This document shows positions 54,485 through 62,702 of a stretch of 64,000 nucleotides of DNA, piece after piece. The DNA lies in the NCBI GenBank assembly GCA_964558235.1, contig CAZLCK010000002.1:14354-78353 (forward strand), written 5' to 3'. Below the pieces are notes generated by a model. That model had not been told where the DNA came from. It saw only the letters and a program-made list of their open reading frames with translations, and searched no databases. How positions within the stretch are numbered: the first letter of the stretch is position 1; each line of letters begins with the position of its first letter. The translations under genes were made by a program, and so were the position numbers. Source of the stretch: an uncultured Coriobacteriaceae bacterium (GTDB lineage: Bacteria > Actinomycetota > Coriobacteriia > Coriobacteriales > CADBOM01).

Positions 54485-55825
54485 ATGAGTAGTTCTAAAG
54501 ACAAAAAGAGTGGATTTCTAGTTAAAAAGCAATTTACTCCCACTTTAATGTTTATTCAGGCGCTATGTTTTATTTGCTTTGGAATAATTTTGATAGCTGA
54601 GCCTAATCTTCTTGAACGACTTTTTAGCATAATCGTCTGTATCTTGATCCTATTTTTTGCAATTCCTTGGTGCATTAGCTTATATAAAGATAGCAAAAGG
54701 ATTCCAGCTTTGATTGCTGCTGTGATTTTACCTGCTTTGGCTGCTACTTTTTTGATCTACCCAATATTTTTTCAAGTAGCAATTTCACTTTTCTTTGGAT
54801 TTTTGTTCCTAGTTCTAGCGCTAATTAGGCTTCTGATGATAGTCCAGTGCAAAATTATGCAAATTCCTGGAATGTGCAGACATTTTATTTCTATGATTGT
54901 CTCTTTTATTTTCTCGGCAATAGTTTTTGCGTTTAGCGCAAATGAGAACTTAAATGTAGTGTTTTTAGTATCGGGAATTTATTTAATTATCTATGGTATC
55001 AGTGTTGCTATAGATGCATTCTCTGAAATATTGCTCGACACCGGATCTGCCAAAAGAATAAAAAAGTCTGTACGAATTGCATTGCCTGTATTTATCACCG
55101 CCATGCTTCCTGGACAAACAATAGACGCTTTTAATAGATACTTTAAAACTGTTGGTCAATCAAAAGGTACAATTTCTCAAACAGTTTTACCTAGAGCACC
55201 AAAACATACAGATCTTGAGATATTGATCCACACAGGAGAAAGTGGTCTTGCTCGAATTGGGCATGTAGATATCAGATATAAAGATATGGTCATATCTTAT
55301 GGAACATATGATGAGCATTCAATTAAACTTGGTGGTTTTTTATGTGATGGAGTATTTGTTTTTGCCCCATTTAAACCCTATTTAAAAAACTGTTTAGAGC
55401 AAGAGCATAAAGTTTTAATAGGTTTTGGAATAGAACTTAACGATGATGAGCGTCAACAAGTTGTTTCTAAGCTCGACGAACTTAAGTCACAAATGATTAG
55501 ATTTTATTGCGATTATGAATTGTGGGAACAGGGTAAATTAAAAGAGTGGAACCATGATGATTTCACCTGCAAACTTGTAAGAGATACTGGTGCAAAACTC
55601 TATAAAACTCCAAATGGACCTTTTAGAAAATATGTTGCTGTAAACACAAACTGCGTGCAGCTTGCTGAAACAATAATTGATGCAAGTGGATTAGACGTGT
55701 TGGCAGTTCATGGTATTCCAACTCCCGGAACATATCTAGACAACTTGAATTACCTATTTGAAATTGGCAATTCAATGGTCGTAAATCGCACAATTTATAC
55801 TGGTGGGGTAAACCAAGCTTTGTAA
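54485..55825 (+). CDS. Membrane protein (~6 TM N-terminal half) with an unassigned ~250 aa C-terminal soluble domain
   Basis: It starts 11 nt after the arsR stop. The N-terminal half is hydrophobic and repeat-like. The C-terminal domain carries IGHVDIRY ... NTNCVQLAE (His-then-Cys order). Confidence 0.6.
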   Translation: MSSSKDKKSGFLVKKQFTPTLMFIQALCFICFGIILIAEPNLLERLFSIIVCILILFFAIPWCISLYKDSKRIPALIAAVILPALAATFLIYPIFFQVAISLFFGFLFLVLALIRLLMIVQCKIMQIPGMCRHFISMIVSFIFSAIVFAFSANENLNVVFLVSGIYLIIYGISVAIDAFSEILLDTGSAKRIKKSVRIALPVFITAMLPGQTIDAFNRYFKTVGQSKGTISQTVLPRAPKHTDLEILIHTGESGLARIGHVDIRYKDMVISYGTYDEHSIKLGGFLCDGVFVFAPFKPYLKNCLEQEHKVLIGFGIELNDDERQQVVSKLDELKSQMIRFYCDYELWEQGKLKEWNHDDFTCKLVRDTGAKLYKTPNGPFRKYVAVNTNCVQLAETIIDASGLDVLAVHGIPTPGTYLDNLNYLFEIGNSMVVNRTIYTGGVNQAL

Positions 55826-55830
55826 AAAAG

Positions 55831-58341
55831 CTATTGCCTAATTGCGCCACCAGTTGCTTTTTGCACCTTCTCTATAACTTGTCGATGTCGTTTTTCAACT
55901 TCTTCGAATGTAAGTGTTTTGTCTGGGAGTCTGTAGATAATCGAAAAAGCCAAAGACTTCTTGTTTGCCCCTATTTTCTCTTCGTCCTTATAAACGTCAA
56001 AGACCGTTACAGACTCTATCATATTGCCACCAGCAGACTGAATTACGTTTATAACACTCGATGCTTCAATGGTGTCATCTAAAACAACGGATAAGTCCAT
56101 ATCAACAGCTGGATATTGTGGAATTTGCTTAAACGGACGAGACATGGTGGAGGTTTCGATCAATGCCTTTTCATCTAGCTCAAATGCAAACACACTTGAA
56201 TCTATATCAAAACTTGCACAAACCAACGGATGAATTGTTCCGACCCAGCCTAGGACTCTCTTTCCAGATAACACCTGAGCAGCACAACCAGGCTGCAACC
56301 ACTGAGCATTTTCTGGATCAATTGCTTTAAAACGAAGTTTAGGAATTGCTAATTCATGTGCAAGAGTCTCTATAATTCCTTTTGCATCATAAAAATCAAT
56401 TGCATGACTATTATCGTTCCAAGATTGTTCGTTCCAAGATCCTGTTAAAACACAAGAAACCTTCTGAGGTTCATCAGGCTGAGCTTTTCCCTCAATACCC
56501 TCAAACACAGCACCGCATTCATATAAGTGCACATTATTAACACCGCGCGAATGATTATATGCAATCGATCTCAAAAGACCTGGAATCAAAGTGCATCTCA
56601 TTACACTCATCTCAGAACTAAGTGGGTTAATAAGCACAACAGGCTCACCCTTAATAGCTCGCTCCATTTTTGCACGATCGATATCGTCTTGGCTAACAAA
56701 TGAATAAGTTAGTGTTTCGTTAACACCACAAGCTCTTAGAATAAGTCCGATTTTATTTGAGATCTGTTGGTCGTAAGTCCAACCACCAGCTGAACCTGAA
56801 CTTGAAGGCAAAGTGCCGTCAACTTTTTCTGTTCCCCAAATTCTTAGAATCTCTTCGTAAAGATCAATTTCACGCGTAAGATCGGGTCTATAAGATGGCG
56901 ATGTTACAACATATGTATGTTCCTTGCCACTCTCTTCAACCTTGCAACCAAGCTTAACGAGTATACGAACCATTACTTCATCTGGAATATCAGCTCCGAT
57001 AAATTCTCTAAGTCTATCTGCACGCAAGGTATTTTGATGAACCTCGGCTGGTTTTGGATAGATATCTACTACACCTGGACAGACCTTACCACCAGAAACC
57101 TCTGCAATTAAAGAGGCTGCATAGGCAGAAAAATCATCGCAGGTTTGAGCGTCAACACCTCTCTCATAGCGGGCAGCAGACTCACTGAATAGTTGAAGAT
57201 TTCTACTTGTACGTGAAGTGAAACCAGATCCAAAAGTTGCAGATTCTAGCAAAATTGTTGTTGTGGAATCGGTAACTTCGCTGTCAAGGCCGCCCATAAC
57301 ACCTGCCAAAGCTACTGGAGTTCCAGATTCAGGTAAACCATTTCGATGTTCGCATGGAGAATTACCATCAGCAATAACAGTCATATCTGAAGTTAAAATC
57401 CTGTCGTTACCATCCAAAGTGGTAAAGGGCTCATCATCAAAGGCTTTTCTTACAACGACATGAACCTTTCCATTTTCATCTTGCTTAAAGCATCCCATAT
57501 CAAAAGCATGTAATGGCTGCCCTAGCTCAAATAAAATATAGTTAGTTACATCAACGATGTTATTAATAGAACGCGCACCGCTAGCAACAATGCGCTGAAC
57601 AAGCCAATCGGGTGATGGGCCAATTTTTACATTCTCAATTACTCTAGCAGTATACCTTGGACATCTATCAGCATCTTCGATAGTCACATCAACTAATTCA
57701 GAAGCCGTCTTTGAGCCCTTTTCAACGAGTGTAGGAGGTTCAAATGTCACGTTCGTATCAAAGATAGCCCCTATTTCACGAGCCATACCTAACATCGACA
57801 TACAATCTGGTCTATTTGGAGTAATCTCAAGATCCAATACAGTGTCAGAGAGGTTTAGGTATTCACAAATTGGCATTCCAACTGGAGCATCCTTGGGCAA
57901 AATCATAATGCCCTCATGATCATCTGAGATACCAAGCTCTTTTGCAGAACAATTCATTCCATAAGAAGTAACACCGCGAAGCTTTGACTTCTTAATCTTT
58001 AAATCACCAGGCAAGACTGTCCCAATCATAGCTAGAGCAATCTTGTCTCCCGCTTCAAAGTTTTGTGCGCCACAGACAATTTGCAATGGTTGTGGATTTC
58101 CTGTCTCGTCAACGTTTTTATCTCCCACATCAACGGCGGTAACCCAAAGTTTGTCTGCATCTGGATGGTGCTCTTTTGAAACAATCTGACCAACTACAAC
58201 ACCATCTAACGAAGCACCAATTCTATTAACGCCTTCAACACCGGTGCCGGTCATATCCAAGCGATCACACAGGTAGTCTATATCGTCTGCCTCTTTCGGC
58301 ATATTGACCATTGTTTTAAGCCACTTTAATGAAACGAGCAT
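55831..58341 (-). CDS. pheT: Phenylalanyl-tRNA synthetase beta subunit
   Basis: 836 aa. N-terminal tRNA-binding OB domain (VVGQIVSKEHHPDADKLWV), B3/4 and B5 domains, and a C-terminal FDX-ACB-like domain. Confidence 0.93.
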   Translation of the reverse strand: MLVSLKWLKTMVNMPKEADDIDYLCDRLDMTGTGVEGVNRIGASLDGVVVGQIVSKEHHPDADKLWVTAVDVGDKNVDETGNPQPLQIVCGAQNFEAGDKIALAMIGTVLPGDLKIKKSKLRGVTSYGMNCSAKELGISDDHEGIMILPKDAPVGMPICEYLNLSDTVLDLEITPNRPDCMSMLGMAREIGAIFDTNVTFEPPTLVEKGSKTASELVDVTIEDADRCPRYTARVIENVKIGPSPDWLVQRIVASGARSINNIVDVTNYILFELGQPLHAFDMGCFKQDENGKVHVVVRKAFDDEPFTTLDGNDRILTSDMTVIADGNSPCEHRNGLPESGTPVALAGVMGGLDSEVTDSTTTILLESATFGSGFTSRTSRNLQLFSESAARYERGVDAQTCDDFSAYAASLIAEVSGGKVCPGVVDIYPKPAEVHQNTLRADRLREFIGADIPDEVMVRILVKLGCKVEESGKEHTYVVTSPSYRPDLTREIDLYEEILRIWGTEKVDGTLPSSSGSAGGWTYDQQISNKIGLILRACGVNETLTYSFVSQDDIDRAKMERAIKGEPVVLINPLSSEMSVMRCTLIPGLLRSIAYNHSRGVNNVHLYECGAVFEGIEGKAQPDEPQKVSCVLTGSWNEQSWNDNSHAIDFYDAKGIIETLAHELAIPKLRFKAIDPENAQWLQPGCAAQVLSGKRVLGWVGTIHPLVCASFDIDSSVFAFELDEKALIETSTMSRPFKQIPQYPAVDMDLSVVLDDTIEASSVINVIQSAGGNMIESVTVFDVYKDEEKIGANKKSLAFSIIYRLPDKTLTFEEVEKRHRQVIEKVQKATGGAIRQ

Positions 58342-58463
58342 TTTAAGGACATCTCCTAGCTCTCTAAATAAATTTCTTACAAAGATTTAAAAAATAACAG
58401 TTTTCGTAATAATCACCTGTTCAGGTGGTGAACCCAAAGTTATAAAAAGTCTCCGAACAGATT

Positions 58464-59525
58464 TTAAAACTGACGCAAAAATCGCATATCGCCCTCTAAA
58501 AGCATACGTAAATCTGGAACATCATATTTCAAGCAAGCAATTCTCTCTGCACCCATTCCAAAGGCGAAACCTGAATATTCTTCTGGATCAATGTCAACAA
58601 ATTCAAATACATTTGGATCTACCATTCCACAACCCAAAACTTCAACCCATCCAGTATTTTTACAAAAACGACAGCCTTCACCGTGGCAGATCATGCAACT
58701 AACATCTACCTCAACAGATGGTTCAGTAAAGGGAAAGAAGTGCGGACGAAATCTTGTCTTTCTATCTGGACCAAACATCTGCTTGCAAAAATAGTCCAAA
58801 GTTCCCTTTAGATCTCCAAAGGTGATCCCCTTATCAACTACCAAACCTTCAACCTGAGTAAATTGTGGTAGATGCGAAGGATCTGGTACATCTTTTCTAT
58901 AAACCTTACCTGGAGCAACAACATATATCGGAGGTTTCGCGGCTTCCATTGCATGAATTTGAACACCTGATGTTTGTGTACGAAGCAAAACGTCAGATTC
59001 TCCCCTTACATTGGTTTGAGCTCCTGTGGCGTCAACTACATAAAAAGAATCCTGTAGACCTCGTGAAGGATGATCTGGCGGTGTGTTTAAAGCCTCAAAA
59101 TTGTAGTATTGAGTTTCAACCTCGGGACCAGAGACAATTGCATATCCAAGGCCAATAAAGATTTCACATATTTGAGAAACAACATTTGCAATGAGATGTC
59201 TAGATCCTATTGTGTGCTGACGTCCTGGAAGTGTGACATCTATTGCCTCTGAGGCCATCTTTACCTCAAGCTCTTCAGCTTTCAGTTCATCTAGTCGTTT
59301 TTCGATCGCCTCTTCAAGAGACTTTCGAGCAATATTTGCAGCTTTTCCAATAGTTGCGCGCTCCTCTGCAGGAATTTTAGACATAGATCTTAAAATTGTC
59401 GTCAATGAACCCTTTTTGCCAAGGAGAGCAACTCTGGTGGAATCTAACTCATTTAAAGTTTGACATGCAGCAATGCTGTTTAGGCCATTAGAGCAAATAT
59501 CATCGATATTGTTTACCAAACTCAT
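58464..59525 (-). CDS. pheS: Phenylalanyl-tRNA synthetase alpha subunit
   Basis: Class II motifs: HPSRGLQDSFY, FRPHFFPFTEPS and GFAFGMGAERIA. Confidence 0.93.
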   Translation of the reverse strand: MSLVNNIDDICSNGLNSIAACQTLNELDSTRVALLGKKGSLTTILRSMSKIPAEERATIGKAANIARKSLEEAIEKRLDELKAEELEVKMASEAIDVTLPGRQHTIGSRHLIANVVSQICEIFIGLGYAIVSGPEVETQYYNFEALNTPPDHPSRGLQDSFYVVDATGAQTNVRGESDVLLRTQTSGVQIHAMEAAKPPIYVVAPGKVYRKDVPDPSHLPQFTQVEGLVVDKGITFGDLKGTLDYFCKQMFGPDRKTRFRPHFFPFTEPSVEVDVSCMICHGEGCRFCKNTGWVEVLGCGMVDPNVFEFVDIDPEEYSGFAFGMGAERIACLKYDVPDLRMLLEGDMRFLRQF

Positions 59526-59727
59526 CTATTATTTGCCTTTCAGAAATGACATTAAATTCGAATAAAAAACTTTACATTAAAGAAGGATATAGGATGCATA
59601 AATTTCGCATTCGATAATCCTAAAATTTATTCTACGAAAGTTATTTTGGATTAAATGAGCAATTTTCATGAAGTAGAATCATGCAACAAACGGTAAAGAT
59701 ATTTAATAAATTAGTTTGGAGGTTAAA

Positions 59728-59967
59728 ATGAGCAGAACACTAGAGCTATATACTATGACAGGCTGTCCCTTTTGCAATAAGGTCATTAATTTTATAAATC
59801 AGCGTAACATCAAAGATGTAAAGATCATTTACATTGAAGAGCCTAACGCAAGAGAGCGTCTATTAAACGAAGGTGGTAAAGTCCAAGTACCATGTCTGTT
59901 TATTGATGGAAAAGCAATGTATGAATCAGGAGACATTATCGCGTTTTTGGATAAAGAATACGCATAA
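59728..59967 (+). CDS. Glutaredoxin-like small thiol-disulfide protein
   Basis: 79 aa with the CPFC active site (YTMTGCPFCNKV) and a later VPCLFIDG. ATG 59728 follows GGAGG; the track start at 59716 is a TTG. Confidence 0.75.
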   Translation: MSRTLELYTMTGCPFCNKVINFINQRNIKDVKIIYIEEPNARERLLNEGGKVQVPCLFIDGKAMYESGDIIAFLDKEYA

Positions 59968-60243
59968 TTTGATCTTTGCCTATACAAATAGGTAATTACA
60001 AAAGATTATATCTCGTTTTAAATAATTGCTATCTTGAAGTTAAAAACTTTAGACTTTAATATATACGTCATACAATGTTGTTTTTCGACTGCTAATGAAA
60101 TTATTAAATCGAAAAAAATGAATATCCTTGGTGTAAAGAAAGTTAAACAAATAGATCTTGTTTTGTAAAACGACTTTTTGAAAATCTATTTGTGATATTG
60201 GCTTGTACCATTTTGAATTAGATTAAAGGAACGGTGTTTTTAC

Positions 60244-61470
60244 TTGGCAGAACCATCTAGACTTAACATCCTTAGAGCCAAGATGGATTTAGAGCTGGGA
60301 TCCTCATATATTCCAAAGCTAATTGCTAAGCAACCAAAGCTCTTTAGCCCCGGAATGCTTCAATTGATCTCTAAAAGTGAGCGTACTTTTACCCGTATTG
60401 ATGAGTATATGGGAAACAGCCCTTATTTAGAGTGTATCCAGAATACGCTTTTAAATTTGGAAGCCACTGCTTCTGCAGTTATTGATGGTGCAGAAGTGGA
60501 TTTATTTGGTCTACTTATGCACGATATTAAAAATCAAAAAGATGTAGCTCCTAGTGATTTGCGAGTCCATAGTCCAAGTGCAGGACGTGCAGTTCAGTAT
60601 CGTAATTACATCAAAGCTTATAATTCGTGCTCTGATGCAAGCGATTTTGTCTTCAATAAAGAATCGGTTATGAAGATTCATGAAGACCTTAATTACTCAA
60701 AGGATATTCAATTTAAAAAACAGTATCGTGGATCTGGAGTTGATAATTCAGAAATTTTGCATCCACAACTTCCTCAAAGGCGTATTCTTCCACCGAACCG
60801 TATTGAAGAATACATGGAAGATCTTTTCCAATTCTGTAACACCGACTATTACACACCACAGATTCAGGCTAGCTTGACGCACTTCCAACTAGAGTACATA
60901 CGCCCGTTCAAATCACGTATCGAAGCTTTAGCAAGGCAGCTATCTTACTTTGTTTATGCAAAAAGGAATTTCACGAACAATATCATAGTCACCGTTGCAA
61001 TTGAATCAATAAGACGTATCGATGATCCTTTTGATAATCTAAAAGCCAACTCTAAGGTTAGAGGAAAACAAAACCCATTAGAACTTTGGATATATCATGG
61101 CGCAAATTTATTATTGCGTGAAGCTCAAATGGTTCAAGATATGGAAAAACGCTATAGAGAGATCGAAGAGGATTGGCGGCGGCGAGTCCAAAAAGTTAGG
61201 CGAGACGATATCTGCGATATTTTGTTGCACGATCTTTTAGCGCATCCAATTATTAATGCAAAGTATGTTGCTGAGCGAAGCAATAAAACCTTGCCTGCAG
61301 CTAATGATGCTTTAAAAAAATTAGTTACTGCAAATGTATTAGCGCCAATAGATAATCGCAAGCGCAATAGATATTTCTACGCAATGGATATCGTAGACTA
61401 CTATCGGCAACTACTTGATAGTATTATTCCTCAAGGATGGCTACCGGGAATTGAGCTTTTTAACTCATAA
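60244..61470 (+). CDS. Fic-fold protein with a degenerate catalytic motif (probable pseudo-enzyme) and a C-terminal wHTH
   Basis: Fic_N-like block LNLEATASAVIDGAEV. The core helix THFQLEYIRPFKSRIEALAR stands in place of HxFx(D/E)GNGRxxR. C-terminal wHTH-like HPIINAKYVAERSNKTLPAANDALKKLVTANVL. The start is uncertain (TTG 60244 or ATG 60283). Confidence 0.6.
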   Translation: MAEPSRLNILRAKMDLELGSSYIPKLIAKQPKLFSPGMLQLISKSERTFTRIDEYMGNSPYLECIQNTLLNLEATASAVIDGAEVDLFGLLMHDIKNQKDVAPSDLRVHSPSAGRAVQYRNYIKAYNSCSDASDFVFNKESVMKIHEDLNYSKDIQFKKQYRGSGVDNSEILHPQLPQRRILPPNRIEEYMEDLFQFCNTDYYTPQIQASLTHFQLEYIRPFKSRIEALARQLSYFVYAKRNFTNNIIVTVAIESIRRIDDPFDNLKANSKVRGKQNPLELWIYHGANLLLREAQMVQDMEKRYREIEEDWRRRVQKVRRDDICDILLHDLLAHPIINAKYVAERSNKTLPAANDALKKLVTANVLAPIDNRKRNRYFYAMDIVDYYRQLLDSIIPQGWLPGIELFNS

Positions 61471-61551
61471 AATCTTATATAAGACTCTTAAGCGCAACAA
61501 CTGCTTTGCTAAGAATTTTATATAGCGTTCTCTTAAATATGGATTAAAGTC

Positions 61552-62565
61552 TTATAGATTCAAATAACGCTCTAAATCTTTAAACTGCTTTTTAGCCTGG
61601 TTATAGCCCATTTCATAGATCTCATAGAGCTTTCTTGCGTCACGCTCTAGAGTATTTAGATGAATCCGCTCAGGGGGCATTATCAAAAAGATCATTCCCT
61701 CTTTCGCAAGATTTATGCACCTTTCTCTTGAGTTATTAACAAGCGTGTAACGCTTTGTGACCTTTTCGGCAAACTCTGGATATTTCCTATACCAAAGCCA
61801 AGCAAGTTCATTAAACCTATTACGCTTTTGGATAAAAGTCTTATCTTGGGTTAACACAACAATTTGCTTTTCAACACCAGTGTTAATTGACCAATCGATT
61901 GGGATAGTATCTGCTACTCCCCCATCTAAATATAGTTTGGAATCTATATCAACGATCTGCGAAACAAAGGGCATAGCAGAAGATGCTTGCAAATATCTCA
62001 TCGAATCAAGTGGATCTGTGATATCAAAATATTCAGCTTCAGCAGTTTCTAGATTTGTTGCAACTGCAGTGAGTAAACATGGTGAACAAGTAAACTCTTC
62101 AAGTTTGTATGGTATCCACTCAAATGGAATATCGTGAAAACTCATCTCAACGTTAAAAGCATTGCCACTTGTCAAATACGACCAAATGCTCATATATCGT
62201 TTGTCTGAGCTAAAACCTATATTGAGTGCACATGTTCTACCGCGTGCTCCAACAATATAATTAAAGCCAGAGAGTGCTCCAGCAGAAACTCCAATAACCC
62301 TTTTTGGGAAAAGTCCCTCGTCTGAAAAATAATCCAAAACACCACATGTGAATTGAACTCTCATAGACCCGCCCTCTAAGACAAGATTAGCATCAACTGC
62401 ATCATGTCCAAAGTAAGCAGGACGATATCCTGGAACATCACTTGGAACAAATAAAGGTCGCTCTCCAGTAGTGGCATCTATCGCGAAAGGATCAGGAGCA
62501 CCATCGGGCGCACTCGGCCATATTTTTGAGATATCATTGTTATCCATAGTTTCAGAATAGCGCAT
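61552..62565 (-). CDS. Patatin-like phospholipase
   Basis: Oxyanion region VLEGGSMR, nucleophile elbow GVSAGALSG (GxSxG) and the catalytic Asp in LDGGVAD. 337 aa, no signal peptide. Confidence 0.8.
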   Translation of the reverse strand: MRYSETMDNNDISKIWPSAPDGAPDPFAIDATTGERPLFVPSDVPGYRPAYFGHDAVDANLVLEGGSMRVQFTCGVLDYFSDEGLFPKRVIGVSAGALSGFNYIVGARGRTCALNIGFSSDKRYMSIWSYLTSGNAFNVEMSFHDIPFEWIPYKLEEFTCSPCLLTAVATNLETAEAEYFDITDPLDSMRYLQASSAMPFVSQIVDIDSKLYLDGGVADTIPIDWSINTGVEKQIVVLTQDKTFIQKRNRFNELAWLWYRKYPEFAEKVTKRYTLVNNSRERCINLAKEGMIFLIMPPERIHLNTLERDARKLYEIYEMGYNQAKKQFKDLERYLNL

Positions 62566-62702
62566 TAAAAATCAATTGCCCTACAAAGAATCCAGAAGGC
62601 TGAGATTTATGGCTTTAAATGGATTAGTGTCTATACTTTGATTTTGAAGAGCCTAACTGAGGCTATACTCAATACCTTTTGAAATCAAACGAGTGAAAAA
62701 TA

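Noticed and set aside
58342-58463. 122-nt pheS-pheT intergenic region with a small hairpin CACCT-gttc-AGGTG.
   Set aside because: The stem is only 5 bp with no U-tract and no recognisable motif. It is likely just spacer within the pheST operon.
59526-59727. Possible T-box or other leader upstream of pheS.
   Set aside because: The region is only ~200 nt and AT-rich. I see no T-box-like GGTGGTACCGCG-type sequence, no specifier-loop/terminator-antiterminator arrangement and no leader peptide rich in Phe codons.
96-62137. Many 60-160 aa ORFs in the six-frame track that overlap or lie antisense to the long genes (for example 96..380, 642..974, 10173..10562, 23210..23587, 40686..41096, 44670..45071, 46968..47459, 61757..62137).
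   Set aside because: They lie entirely inside, or opposite to, well-supported conserved genes. They have no SD sequences and show odd low-complexity composition. They are typical shadow ORFs.
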